NCBI GenBank assembly: GCA_041662725.1
Contig: JBAZRX010000004.1
Span: 2,668 to 66,667, forward strand
Source: Minisyncoccota bacterium
GTDB lineage: Bacteria; Patescibacteriota; Minisyncoccia; Phycocordibacterales; PALSA-1337
DNA: 64,000 nt
Direction of reading: 5' to 3'
Part shown: positions 19,689-29,194 of the stretch, in pieces
How the letters are laid out: every line of letters begins with the position of its first letter
Position numbering within the stretch: position 1 is the stretch's first letter
The notes under the pieces: generated by a model
What the model was told of the DNA's origin: nothing
Database searches by the model: none
The model's input: the letters and a program-made list of their open reading frames with translations, nothing else
Translations under genes and position numbers: made by a program

Positions 19689-21782
19689 TTAAATCATCAT
19701 TCTTACATCTACTATCTCCGCTTTTTCAGGTGTAATCATTACAGGATTAAGATCGATCTCTTTAATTTCTGGATGTTCCAAAGCAAGTTTTGATATCTTT
19801 ACTATAATCTCTGCAAGAGCTTCCCTGTCAACTGATTTTTCACCACGAGAACCAGTAAGAATATCGGCGCCTTTGATTTCTAAAATCATTTGCTCTGCCA
19901 TTTCCATAGAAACTGGTGCAATACGCATAGAGACATCTTTTAAGACTTCAGTAAAAATACCGCCGAGACCAAAAACAATAGTTGGTCCAAAAGTATTGTC
20001 GTGCTTCATACCTATAATAACTTCTTTACCCTTACCAGTTGTTTGAATAAATATTCCATCAACTTTGGCCTGCGGAACATTCTCATGAATTTTTTTATGA
20101 ATAGAGTCCCATGCAATTTGTGCTTCCTCAATACTTTTTATATTTAAACAAACTACTCCAGCATCTGTTTTATGAATAATATCATGTGAAATAGCTTTCA
20201 TAACGTATGGACCAGTACCAATTTTTGAAATAGCATTCACAATATGACTTTTTTCTTTAACTAAAATACCGGGTATAGAGAGGTTGTAATCTTTTAAAGT
20301 CTTCAACACAGAAATGAAATCTAGAGGCGAGCCCTGTGACGATTTTGCTAAATCGGCCTCGAGGCGAGGCCTCGAGGTTTTGGAGGCGAGCCCCGTGACG
20401 ATTTTGCTAAATCGGCCTCGAGGCGAGGCCTCGAGGTTATCCAGTGCTTCCACAGCGTCTTTTGGAAAAGTAAAGTTTGGAATACCGTTTTCTTTGAAAC
20501 ATATCAAGGCTGGTTCAATCTCTGGACCACCAATAAAGACTGGGATGATAGTCTTTTCTGTACGATATTTAATCAAAAGTCTGGCTGTTGCTTCAACTTC
20601 TGTCATCATTTGCGGAGTTAAAATCATAATAATTGCTTCCGTATTTGTTTCTGTGCATAAAATTTTTAATGCTTCTTCATAACGAGAAGCTAAAGCGTCA
20701 CCGATAATATCTACAGGATTATTAACAGCAGCCATTGAGGGTAGAACTTTTTTGAGAGCTTCTTTGGTTGATTCTGAAAATTCTACGAGTGAAAGTGACT
20801 TTGAAAGGTCAACAAGGTCAGTTGCTACTACTGATGGACCGCCACCATTCGTAAGAATCGAAATATTTTTAAGTGGTTTTGTAATACCAAGCTGGAAAAG
20901 TTTAGCCATATTGAAAAATTCGCGGATTGATTCAACGGCAATAACCCCTGCTTGTTTACAGGCCGCAGAAAAGATTGAATCTTCTGGTGCAAGAGAACCT
21001 GTATGTGAAGCTACAGCTTCTTGACCTCTTTTACTACGTCCGGCTTTTAGTACTACAACTGGTTTAGTCTTTGTAATCTCTGAAGCTAACTCAATAAACT
21101 TTTTACCATCTGTCAGTTTTTCTAAATAAATTAAGATAGACTTGGTGTCCTTGTCCTTTGCTAAATATTCCAAAAATTCAATTTCTGTTAATTGAGCTTC
21201 ATTGCCAAGACTGATAAATTTTGAAAAACCAACCCCTTCTTTAATAGCTAAATCCAACATAGCAGTACCAAGTGCGCCTGACTGAGAAAGAAAGGTAATA
21301 TTACCCTTCGGCGGATTTTGTGCAGAAAAAGAGCAGTTAAAATTATTCCAGAGATCTATTGTGCCGAGACAGTTAGGGCCTAGAAGTGCAATATTGTTTT
21401 TCTTAGCAATTTCAGCACATTTTTCTTCTAAATCTTTACCGACTGGGCCAATTTCTCTAAATCCAGCAGAAATTATGATGGCATTTTTAATATCTTTATC
21501 ACCGCATTCACTTAAAATACTCGGTACGATATCTGATCTCACGGCAATAACCGCCAAATCGACTGATTCTACAATATCTTTAACCGATTTATAGGTTTTT
21601 AGACCTAAAATTTCTGGTTCAGAGATGCTTACTGGATAAATTCGAGGCGAGACCTCGAGGCGAGACCTCGAGGCCTCGCCTCGAGAGAGATTCGCTATAA
21701 TTGCATACCCAACCTTACTTTTTACAGAAGAGACTCCGATAACTGCAATAGATTTTGGATTGAAAAAATTGTCTAAATTCAT
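19689..21782 (-). CDS. ADP-forming acetate--CoA ligase (fused alpha/beta) with two repeat insertions
   Basis: FNPKSIAVIG, GPNCLG, SQSGALG, SHTGSLA, HKTDAG, EIDLNP. Confidence 0.95.
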   Translation of the reverse strand: MNLDNFFNPKSIAVIGVSSVKSKVGYAIIANLSRGEASRSRLEVSPRIYPVSISEPEILGLKTYKSVKDIVESVDLAVIAVRSDIVPSILSECGDKDIKNAIIISAGFREIGPVGKDLEEKCAEIAKKNNIALLGPNCLGTIDLWNNFNCSFSAQNPPKGNITFLSQSGALGTAMLDLAIKEGVGFSKFISLGNEAQLTEIEFLEYLAKDKDTKSILIYLEKLTDGKKFIELASEITKTKPVVVLKAGRSKRGQEAVASHTGSLAPEDSIFSAACKQAGVIAVESIREFFNMAKLFQLGITKPLKNISILTNGGGPSVVATDLVDLSKSLSLVEFSESTKEALKKVLPSMAAVNNPVDIIGDALASRYEEALKILCTETNTEAIIMILTPQMMTEVEATARLLIKYRTEKTIIPVFIGGPEIEPALICFKENGIPNFTFPKDAVEALDNLEASPRGRFSKIVTGLASKTSRPRLEADLAKSSQGSPLDFISVLKTLKDYNLSIPGILVKEKSHIVNAISKIGTGPYVMKAISHDIIHKTDAGVVCLNIKSIEEAQIAWDSIHKKIHENVPQAKVDGIFIQTTGKGKEVIIGMKHDNTFGPTIVFGLGGIFTEVLKDVSMRIAPVSMEMAEQMILEIKGADILTGSRGEKSVDREALAEIIVKISKLALEHPEIKEIDLNPVMITPEKAEIVDVRMMI
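20324..20436. repeat. in-frame tandem doublet of (37+13 nt) modules, 59-nt period
   Basis: Encodes [38 protein letters not shown] in the inter-domain linker. Confidence 0.95.
21644..21682. repeat. in-frame 3x13-nt array
   Basis: Encodes RGEASRSRLEVSPR before IYPV. Confidence 0.95.
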
Positions 21783-21786
21783 AAAT

Positions 21787-22608
21787 TTACTCGAGGCTAG
21801 GCCTCGAGGCCTCGCCTCTCGAGAGTTCTTCTTCGAAAGTTGATTTTTCTACACTGTAGAAAATTCCTAATGGTATTTTATCAGTATTAACATTAACCAT
21901 TTTAATAGCTTCATTTAGATCATTCTTTGGAGTATTTTCATCAATCCAGAAAAGTTTATCTTTGAGATAATCTCTCGTATCAAAAAAAGTAATACACGGT
22001 TGGATGATGTCCACAAACGAAAATCCTTTGTGTAAGATGGCCGCTTTCATAATCTTTTCTGTAGCGTTTATATCTCCAGCGTAAGTGCGTGCCACGAAAG
22101 TTGCGCCAGCCGATAGAAGCATTAGCAAAGGATTAAAAGGTTCTTCAATACTACCAAAAGGTGTTGATTTTCCTTTATAACCTTTTGGACTACGCGCGTC
22201 GGCTTGACCAGTTGTAAGAGCAAAAACTTGGTTGTCATGAACAAATAATTTAATATCTGAATTACGTTTTGCCGCATGGAGCAAGTGCTCAAGACCTTCA
22301 GAATAAGAATCTCCATCACCTGTAAAACCGATAACCGTTAGTTTCGGATTTGCACATTTTATACCAGTCATAACAGGAATAGATCGGCCATGTAATGAAG
22401 TGAAAGTATTTACGTTTATATAATCAGAAATCTTCCCATGACAACCTATTCCGGCGACGCCGACAATATTCTCTATTTTTAATCGTCCTGTACTATTTTC
22501 TGGGTCTGCTAAATCCGAGATGACTTTTCTAAAAGCCACCAAAATTTGTGAATTTGGACATCCAGGGCACCATGTAATATTTGATTTTGTTGAGATATCT
22601 ATGGGCAT
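21787..22608 (-). CDS. 2-oxoacid:ferredoxin oxidoreductase beta subunit
   Basis: WCPGC, GIGC, LHGR, GDGD (TPP), QPCITF. Confidence 0.95.
   Translation of the reverse strand: MPIDISTKSNITWCPGCPNSQILVAFRKVISDLADPENSTGRLKIENIVGVAGIGCHGKISDYINVNTFTSLHGRSIPVMTGIKCANPKLTVIGFTGDGDSYSEGLEHLLHAAKRNSDIKLFVHDNQVFALTTGQADARSPKGYKGKSTPFGSIEEPFNPLLMLLSAGATFVARTYAGDINATEKIMKAAILHKGFSFVDIIQPCITFFDTRDYLKDKLFWIDENTPKNDLNEAIKMVNVNTDKIPLGIFYSVEKSTFEEELSRGEASRPSLE
21793..21818. repeat. 2x13-nt array forming the C-terminus of the beta subunit
   Basis: Encodes RGEASRPSLE followed by the stop. Confidence 0.9.
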
Positions 22609-22669
22609 GTTTTTAAAAAATAAGCCTAGTCATGATTGATTTTAAAGTCTAAATCACTGTGGATTTTAT

Positions 22670-24490
22670 TTAAGGGTCATTTCGAAGTGAATTTATTTCA
22701 TCGGCTAATTTAATCGGATCAAACGGTCTTGAATCATATTTCAAAATATTATTTGTTACAGAAATACCAGTTTTTTCTTTAATTAAACCAGCCATTTGAG
22801 CATTATGATTGCATTCAATGTTAATAATCCTTTTTGCGTCTCTTAGTATTTTAGATACTTTTATTTTTGGAAAAGGTTCCACACAAAGAATTTGTAAAAA
22901 CTTTACTGGCGACTTTAAATATTTAGCGGCTTCTAAAACGGGGCTTTTAGTAGATCCCCAAAAAACAATAACATCTCTACTTTTCTCGTGACCATAAACT
23001 TTAATAGTTTCCATCTCATCAAGCTCCTTGTGAATAGTTTCTTCTTTTTTAAATCGCTTGTCTATCATAGCTTTTACAGGACCAGCTTCGTCTGCAGTAA
23101 TACCGTGCTCATCATGTTCATAGCTGGTAATTTTGACAACAGCATTCGGTATACCAGGAAAAACCATCGGAGAGATTCCGTCTGATGTTATAGCGTAACG
23201 ATCATATTCCCTTCCTTCTATTTCGAAATTTGATAAAGAACTAACCGTTTTACCACGTTCAACAATTCTCATGCTGGTATCAATCGTAACTGTTGCGGAA
23301 TGCTCACAAAGATTCTTATCCATAAGTACTATAACTGGTATTTGATATTTCCAAGCTAGATTAAGTGCACTTATGCCAGAGTAGAAAGCTTCTTCGTGAT
23401 CGCCTGGTGCTATTACAATTCTCGGAAATTCGCCATGGCCAGCATGTATTGCAGAATGTAAATCAGTTTGACTAGAAAAAGTAGGTACACCAGTAGCTGG
23501 TGCTTGACGTTGACCTACTATAACTACCAAAGGAAGCTCTGCCATTCCAGCCATGCTGAAAGATTCTTGCATAAGCATAAATCCCCCCGTTGCCGAACCA
23601 ATCGCTACACGCTTACCGGCATAACTCATACCTAAAGCCATATTAATAACCGAAAGTTCGTTTTCTGGTTGAATAACTTGAGGCGAAGCCTCTAAAACCT
23701 CGAGGCTTCTCCTCGAGGCGAGGCCTCGAGGTGAAGCCTCAGCTAGAAAATGTAAAAGTCCTGTAACAGGAGTCATTGGATATGCGATATAGGAATCTAA
23801 TCCAGCAGAAATAAGACCTAATCCTATGGAAGTATTACCGTCTAACAGTTTTTTTGAGGAGGCGAGGCCTCGAGGCTTCTCCTCGAGGCGAGGCCTCGAG
23901 GAGAAGCCTCGAGAATTTCTCATATGTTCGTAACCAATATCAGCTAATTTGATATTAATTTCTGGCATTTTATTCTTAAAAACATCAGCGAGAATTTTCT
24001 GCATGATTTTGTAATCCAAGTCTAGAAGATAACAAGTAGCACCTAATGCAACTGAATTTCTAGTGATAGCTGGAGCGTTTAATTCTTTTGAGGAAGCACT
24101 CATTGGTATTGTTACAGCATTAGTACCAAGTTTTTCTACGTCTTCTAATTCAAATGCATCAGCAAAAATTACTCCGCCGAAAGTTTCAGTCGTTTTATTA
24201 TCTTTTCTTACAATTTTTAGCTCGTCACGATGTAGTTTGACAGTTTCTTCATTAAGAGCAATGAGAACATCAAGTTCGTTGTGGTCACACCAGACCTTTT
24301 CTTTTGAAAAGCTTATCCGTGTAAAATTATGACCACCACGAATAAGTGATGGGTACGTATTTGAAATATAAACCTCGTATCCGAGTTCACAGAGAAGTTG
24401 CCCGAGACTTTGTCCGGACTCACGCACACCATCGCCGGCAGCACCGCCGATACCTATGGTGAAAACATTGCTATGAGGATCTTTTAGCAC
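22670..24490 (-). CDS. 2-oxoacid:ferredoxin oxidoreductase alpha (gamma-alpha fusion) with two repeat insertions
   Basis: GGAAGDG, YPSLIRGGHN, AYPMTP, QPENE, PATGVPT; GTG start 6 nt after TGaTATAAT. Confidence 0.95.
   Translation of the reverse strand: MLKDPHSNVFTIGIGGAAGDGVRESGQSLGQLLCELGYEVYISNTYPSLIRGGHNFTRISFSKEKVWCDHNELDVLIALNEETVKLHRDELKIVRKDNKTTETFGGVIFADAFELEDVEKLGTNAVTIPMSASSKELNAPAITRNSVALGATCYLLDLDYKIMQKILADVFKNKMPEINIKLADIGYEHMRNSRGFSSRPRLEEKPRGLASSKKLLDGNTSIGLGLISAGLDSYIAYPMTPVTGLLHFLAEASPRGLASRRSLEVLEASPQVIQPENELSVINMALGMSYAGKRVAIGSATGGFMLMQESFSMAGMAELPLVVIVGQRQAPATGVPTFSSQTDLHSAIHAGHGEFPRIVIAPGDHEEAFYSGISALNLAWKYQIPVIVLMDKNLCEHSATVTIDTSMRIVERGKTVSSLSNFEIEGREYDRYAITSDGISPMVFPGIPNAVVKITSYEHDEHGITADEAGPVKAMIDKRFKKEETIHKELDEMETIKVYGHEKSRDVIVFWGSTKSPVLEAAKYLKSPVKFLQILCVEPFPKIKVSKILRDAKRIINIECNHNAQMAGLIKEKTGISVTNNILKYDSRPFDPIKLADEINSLRNDP
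23680..23740. repeat. in-frame array (13+9+3x13 nt)
   Basis: Encodes [20 protein letters not shown]. Confidence 0.93.
23859..23910. repeat. in-frame 4x13-nt array
   Basis: Encodes RGFSSRPRLEEKPRGLAS in the gamma-alpha linker. Confidence 0.93.
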
Positions 24491-24528
24491 CTATAGATTA
24501 TATCATAATCTCTTTTCAAATCGACATC

Positions 24529-25208
24529 GAGGCCTCGCCTCGAGGCGACCCAGTAGGTGATTTTACTAAATCAGGCCTCGAGAAACTTCCCAACTTCAGT
24601 TACAGAAAGAATTGCCTTTTGAACTCTTTCTATACCAAGATAATCTCTAAAACTTGAAAATTCATAAGTTTCTGAATAAGCGACAGCTTCGTCTAGGTGC
24701 TCCGCGCGTGCCTCTTTAGACATTTCGGGTTCTTTTATTCCATATGGGTTAAGATGGATATAGTTAATAAGTTTTCTTATGTACATCTCATCGCAAACAG
24801 GTTTTTCATTGTAAGGGCCTTGCCAAATAGTTCCTGAATGACCATATTTTCTATTAAAATACCCTGAATAACCTGTAGCTAAACTATGAATAAAACGGCT
24901 TATACCAAAAGGTTCTAATTCCTTTAATGCAAGATGAATATGGTTAGGCATTAAACAATATGCCACTATGTCTACTAATAAACATTTTCGTTTGGCTTCA
25001 AAAATATTAGTCAGACCAAAACTACTTATTGTGAAAGATTCTTTGTTGTTTGCGATATAAAAAAGTTTAAGCATACGCATATAATCAGAACCTTCACGAA
25101 AAATTGGTTCTTTGTGTGCACCTCTATTATAAATGTGATGATATATGTCTTCGGTCATAGAGGCTTACCCAGTGGCGATTCTGCTGAATCGGCCTCGGGC
25201 GAAGCCTC
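24529..25208 (-). mobile_element. RAYT-type locus: HUH/Y1 tyrosine transposase bracketed by REP-like modules
   Basis: Modules at 24529-24579 (cccaGTAGgTGATTTtactAAATCAggcctc) and 25160-25208 (cccaGTGGCGATTCtgctGAATCGgcctc) abut both ends of the gene. Confidence 0.85.
24571..25158 (-). CDS. REP-associated tyrosine transposase-like protein (Y1_Tnp, HUH superfamily)
   Basis: YHHIYNRG, AYCLMPNHIHL (HUH), YFNRKYGHSGTIWQGPY, YIHLNP (catalytic Tyr), YEFSS. Confidence 0.92.
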   Translation of the reverse strand: MTEDIYHHIYNRGAHKEPIFREGSDYMRMLKLFYIANNKESFTISSFGLTNIFEAKRKCLLVDIVAYCLMPNHIHLALKELEPFGISRFIHSLATGYSGYFNRKYGHSGTIWQGPYNEKPVCDEMYIRKLINYIHLNPYGIKEPEMSKEARAEHLDEAVAYSETYEFSSFRDYLGIERVQKAILSVTEVGKFLEA

Positions 25209-25225
25209 TAAAACATACCAGATCG

Positions 25226-25291
25226 AGATAAATTCCTGATAAAGAAGTGATAAAGATTTGATAAAGAAAGGTTAAAGAAATGATAAAGATT
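25226..25291. repeat. six direct repeats with exact 11-bp period (TGATAAAGANN)
   Basis: Units start at 25226, 25237, 25248, 25259, 25270 and 25281. Confidence 0.8.
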
Positions 25292-25294
25292 TTC

Positions 25295-25357
25295 GAGGCC
25301 TCGCCTCGAGGCGAGGCCTCGTGGTACAATAGAGGCCTCGCCTCGAGGCGAGGCCTC
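25295..25357 (+). promoter_or_regulatory. two 26-nt palindromic repeat dimers flanking an extended -10 (TGGTACAAT) upstream of the hydrogenase
   Basis: gaggcctcgcctcgaggcgaggcctc-gtggtacaata-gaggcctcgcctcgaggcgaggcctc. Confidence 0.75.
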
Positions 25358-25365
25358 TAAAAAAA

Positions 25366-25833
25366 ATGATAAAAATCGGTTGGTTCAGCTTTTCTTGTTG
25401 CGAAGATAACACAGTTGTTATGACTGAGGTTATGAATGATCATTGGGAAGAATGGAAGAAAATATTTGATTTTCGTCATGTACGAGTTCTAAAATCAAAG
25501 AACATTATGGATGAATTCGATATAGCTTTTATAGAAGGTGCTGTTGCCGGACCAGAACAAGAAGCTCAAATTAAGGATATTCGTAATCGTTCAAAGAAAG
25601 TTGTTGCTGTTGGCGCTTGTGCTATTACAGGATTACCTTCTGGTCAGCGTAATACGTTTACTGATGAACAAAAAGCTAGCATTGATTTTCTTATTACTCG
25701 TTTTGGTGCACTTCCATCGGTAAAAAAGATTTCTGATGTTGTAAAAGTTGATGTTGAAATTCCAGGATGTCCGATGTCGCCAGAAGTTTTTCTAGAAAAA
25801 GTAAATGCTTTAGTAACAGAGTTAAGTAATTAA
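25366..25833 (+). CDS. NiFe hydrogenase small subunit (short, proximal-cluster domain only)
   Basis: GWFSFSCCED, DIAFIEGAV, VGACA, IPGCP. Confidence 0.88.
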   Translation: MIKIGWFSFSCCEDNTVVMTEVMNDHWEEWKKIFDFRHVRVLKSKNIMDEFDIAFIEGAVAGPEQEAQIKDIRNRSKKVVAVGACAITGLPSGQRNTFTDEQKASIDFLITRFGALPSVKKISDVVKVDVEIPGCPMSPEVFLEKVNALVTELSN

Positions 25834-25839
25834 AATTTT

Positions 25840-27180
25840 ATGCATACTTTCGATTTATCAATGGAACATATTACTAAAGTTGAAGGTAATGCCGCACTAC
25901 GACTTAAGGTTGAAAATGGCAAAGTTATTGAGGTTAAATTTGCCATTGAAGAATATAAACGTTTTTTTACAGATGCTCTTAAAGGTAAGCCTGTAGCCGC
26001 CGTAGCTTCACACCTCTCAAGAATTTGTGGCACATGTTCTAGTGCGCATATAATGTGTAGTATTGCTGCTTGTGAAGACGCGCTCGGTATAGTACCTTCA
26101 GAGCAAACAAAAATACTTCGTGTTCTTGCTACTCATGGAAACATTATTCGTGACCATGCTCTACATCTTTATCTTTTTTGTATGCCAGACATTTTCGGCG
26201 TTGATGCATTTCTGGATTTAGATGAAAGTGATTCTATACAACACCAAATTCTTCATGATGGATTTGATATCAAAAGTGCCGGTAATTATTTAGCTACACT
26301 TATTGCTGGTAGGAGTGTCCACGCCAATTATCCGGTTGTTGGAGGATTTTTACATTTTCCAGAAGGTGCTGGTATAGAAGAAGCAATTGAGAAATTAAAA
26401 AATATAAGGCCCGCAGTATTGCGCCTAATTAAAATATTTATGGATGCACCATTCCATTTTGATCGAAAGACTAAATACATGGCGCTTGTACCGGATAAAA
26501 GTTTTGGTTACCTTAATGAGGGGAAAATAATTACGAGTAAAGGCGAGTCATTCGAAGAAAAAGATTATCGTTCACACTTAGAACATGTCGTTATTCCCTA
26601 TTCACAAGCCTCTGGTTATACGTATCAAGGAGAAGGATTTATGGTTGGTGCCTTGGCACGTCTAAATTTGGCAAAAGAAAAACTTCACTCCGAAACGAAA
26701 AAATCTGCTAAAGAAGCGCTTGAGTTATTCCCTTCAACTGATATTTTCCATAATAATTTAGCTCAAGCAATTGAAATCTTGCATTCTATTGATGAATCTG
26801 TAGAACTTCTTTCTAATAATGAGTTTAAGCCGGAGAGGCCTCGAGGCGAGGCCTCGAAGAAAATCGGGATAGGTGTTGTTGAAGCACCTAGAGGTACTCT
26901 TTATCATAAGATTGTGATAGGTGCAGACGGTATTGTAGAAAGTGGTGAAGTTATTGTACCAACTGGTCAAAATCAGATAAATATAGAAAGAGACATAGGA
27001 ATTTTAGTGGAAGATCTCATTAAAAGGCCAGAATATGCTATTAGTCATATTGGAAGTAATCTGGCAGACAATTCTAAAGAAATTAAAGAAAAAATTGCTA
27101 TGGAAATAGAAAAACTTATTCGTGCCTATGATCCATGTATGAGTTGCGCTACTCATTTTCTCAAGGTAGAGTGGTTATAG
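25840..27180 (+). CDS. NiFe hydrogenase large subunit (group 3-related)
   Basis: TKVEG, L1 RICGTC, EAPRGTLYH, L2 YDPCMSCATH with a short C-terminal tail. Confidence 0.95.
   Translation: MHTFDLSMEHITKVEGNAALRLKVENGKVIEVKFAIEEYKRFFTDALKGKPVAAVASHLSRICGTCSSAHIMCSIAACEDALGIVPSEQTKILRVLATHGNIIRDHALHLYLFCMPDIFGVDAFLDLDESDSIQHQILHDGFDIKSAGNYLATLIAGRSVHANYPVVGGFLHFPEGAGIEEAIEKLKNIRPAVLRLIKIFMDAPFHFDRKTKYMALVPDKSFGYLNEGKIITSKGESFEEKDYRSHLEHVVIPYSQASGYTYQGEGFMVGALARLNLAKEKLHSETKKSAKEALELFPSTDIFHNNLAQAIEILHSIDESVELLSNNEFKPERPRGEASKKIGIGVVEAPRGTLYHKIVIGADGIVESGEVIVPTGQNQINIERDIGILVEDLIKRPEYAISHIGSNLADNSKEIKEKIAMEIEKLIRAYDPCMSCATHFLKVEWL
26835..26855. repeat. in-frame short array (8+13 nt)
   Basis: Encodes RPRGEAS before KKIGIGVVEAPRG. 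Confidence 0.9.
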
Positions 27181-27195
27181 AAAGGGTTTAATTAT

Positions 27196-27714
27196 ATGCA
27201 CCATGAAAAATTAACTGGTCTCAGGCTATTTACGCTATGGGTTTTTGGACCATGTGCAAGACTTAGGTTATGTGATAAGCCGTTTAGCAGTAACGGCAAG
27301 ATTTGTAGAGCTGATTTCGACTGGATTAAGTCTTTATTAGATATTCCAGAAGGTAAATGGTTAGACGATTACTATCCTAAATTACTTAATCTGCTTGAGA
27401 TTTGTTTCCCAAACGTCTTTAAATCTTACACATCTTTTACAAATACCAAGGAAGGTAAGAAGGTGGGTATACCCTGGTCAATCTCTTCTGTAAAAGAATT
27501 CTGGTATCATCATCATAAACATCCTGATCTTCCAAATAAAAAGACAGATGTATATCTTGCTTTCGCACATTGTTTTATAGACGAAGCTGTTATTGTCTTA
27601 ATTGATGGTTTACAACTTCCTGTAGAAAACTTCTATAAATTTCCCATAAGGGTTGGCGATATGTTACGGATTCACAACAATGTTATTGTTGAGGTATTTA
27701 AAGATTCAACTTAA
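27196..27714 (+). CDS. hypothetical protein in the hydrogenase cluster
   Basis: 172 aa; HHHKH; C-terminal VGDMLRIH loosely resembles HypC. Confidence 0.6.
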   Translation: MHHEKLTGLRLFTLWVFGPCARLRLCDKPFSSNGKICRADFDWIKSLLDIPEGKWLDDYYPKLLNLLEICFPNVFKSYTSFTNTKEGKKVGIPWSISSVKEFWYHHHKHPDLPNKKTDVYLAFAHCFIDEAVIVLIDGLQLPVENFYKFPIRVGDMLRIHNNVIVEVFKDST

Positions 27715-27741
27715 ATTAAGTTGAATCTTTAAAAACATACC

Positions 27742-27772
27742 AATGCCGTTCTTACAAAAGAACGGCATTTTT
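27742..27772 (+). terminator. intrinsic terminator
   Basis: aatgccgttctt-acaa-aagaacggcatt plus T-run. Confidence 0.8.
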
Positions 27773-27773
27773 C

Positions 27774-27865
27774 GAGGCGACCCAGTAGGTGATTTTTCTA
27801 AATCAGGCCTCGAGGCCGATTCAGCAGAATCGCCACAGGGCTCGTCACGGGGTTCGCCTTGAGGC
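27774..27865. repeat. intergenic inverted doublet of long REP-like modules
   Basis: gaggcgacccagtaggtgatttttctaaatcaggcctc joined to gaggccgattcagcagaatcgccacagggctc. Confidence 0.9.
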
Positions 27866-27887
27866 AAAATTACCTGTGAGATTGCCT

Positions 27888-28298
27888 CTAAAGTAGGATA
27901 TTAAGCTTGGAGATTTCTTCAATTGCTTTTTCCTCGTTTATTTCTGGTGGAATCCCGATAATCGTAACTGTATTTATTTTTCCAAGCTTCATTAAATATC
28001 TAAGATTTGTAAACGCATCAAAATCATGCATACCCAAACGCGGTGGTAATGCAAATTGTTTTAAATCATGAAATACGGTTACTTTTTTGATACCAATAGC
28101 GGTGTCGATAATGGTTAAATCGGAGGCCTCGCCTCGAGGCCTCGCCTCGAGGCGAGGCCTCGAGGAAAAATCCCATTCTTCATTTGGATCTTTTACTTCA
28201 AATTCAATATTTGGATACAACACTTTGAGTTGCGGTAATATTCGCAATGGTAAGGAGTCTATTAAAATATCTGGGTTACCGAATATAAAAACTTTCAT
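27888..28298 (-). CDS. hydrogenase maturation protease-like protein with repeat insertion
   Basis: VFIFGNPDILIDS, TIIDT, MHDFD; next to the hydrogenase. Confidence 0.7.
   Translation of the reverse strand: MKVFIFGNPDILIDSLPLRILPQLKVLYPNIEFEVKDPNEEWDFSSRPRLEARPRGEASDLTIIDTAIGIKKVTVFHDLKQFALPPRLGMHDFDAFTNLRYLMKLGKINTVTIIGIPPEINEEKAIEEISKLNILL
28123..28161. repeat. in-frame 3x13-nt array
   Basis: Encodes [13 protein letters not shown]. Confidence 0.95.
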
Positions 28299-28304
28299 AT
28301 GATA

Positions 28305-28337
28305 GAGGCGAGGCGAGGCCTCGAGGCCTCGCCTCTA
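28305..28337. repeat. intergenic array overlapping the fba stop codon
   Basis: gaggc-gaggcgaggcctc-gaggcctcgcctc-ta. Confidence 0.92.
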
Positions 28338-29189
28338 TTGCAAAATCCTTATTTTTTCTTCAATAATCTTTTGCATAGCTAACTTTGCAGGTTTCAAATA
28401 CTTATATGGTGATAATTCCTCATGATCTTCAGATAAAGTTTTAACCAAGGCGCTTCTATAAGCAATGCGTAATTCTGTATTTACATGAACTATTGCAATG
28501 CCAGAATCTACACACTTACGAATGTCTGAAGCGGTATTACCGGAAGCTCCATGGAGTACTAATGGAATCTTTACTGCCTCATGAATAGCCATGGCTACTG
28601 CGCTATTCAAAGCAGGATCACCACCACGAACAACCCCATGTATATTTCCAATAGCTGGAGCGAGCATATCAACTCCAGTTTCCTTGACAAACCTAGCCGC
28701 ATCTTCAGGTTTAGTCATCTGTTCATTACTAGTTACAGCACCGGCAGGAATAGAGTCTAACATTTTTGAAGAAGTGCCGATAAAGCCAAGTTCACCTTCA
28801 ATCAAAATATCACGACCACTTTTTTTGGCATAGTCTACGCATTTTTTAGCAATTTGGGAATTCTCTTCAAAAGAAAGTTGTGCACCATCAAATATTACTG
28901 CATCAAAACCCGCATCTATAGCTTCTTTGACACGTTCAAAAGAATAAGTATGGTCTGCATTTAGAAATATCTGTTGACCTCTTTCTTCTCTAATACTTTT
29001 TATAACAACAGCAATCTGTTTTATTCCAAGATAATCTCGCTCACCTTCAGAAACGCCGACAATGACTGGCACTTTTAATTCCTTTGCTGCATCAGCAACT
29101 GCCCAAACACCATCAAGAGTTGAAACATTAAAATGGCCTATAGCTTTTTTATGTTCAATTGCTTCTGATATATGTTCACGAAGTGTCAT
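28335..29189 (-). CDS. fba: class II fructose-bisphosphate aldolase
   Basis: GHFNV, LNADH, EGELG, GNIHG, LVLHGASG, VNTE; start reassigned to MTLREH at 29189. Confidence 0.93.
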   Translation of the reverse strand: MTLREHISEAIEHKKAIGHFNVSTLDGVWAVADAAKELKVPVIVGVSEGERDYLGIKQIAVVIKSIREERGQQIFLNADHTYSFERVKEAIDAGFDAVIFDGAQLSFEENSQIAKKCVDYAKKSGRDILIEGELGFIGTSSKMLDSIPAGAVTSNEQMTKPEDAARFVKETGVDMLAPAIGNIHGVVRGGDPALNSAVAMAIHEAVKIPLVLHGASGNTASDIRKCVDSGIAIVHVNTELRIAYRSALVKTLSEDHEELSPYKYLKPAKLAMQKIIEEKIRILQ

Positions 29190-29194
29190 GGGTA

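Noticed and set aside
20314-20682. Antisense ORFs containing repeat peptides (also 15995-16342, 17899-18153, 28087-28302)
   Set aside because: They are shadows of well-supported genes on the opposite strand.
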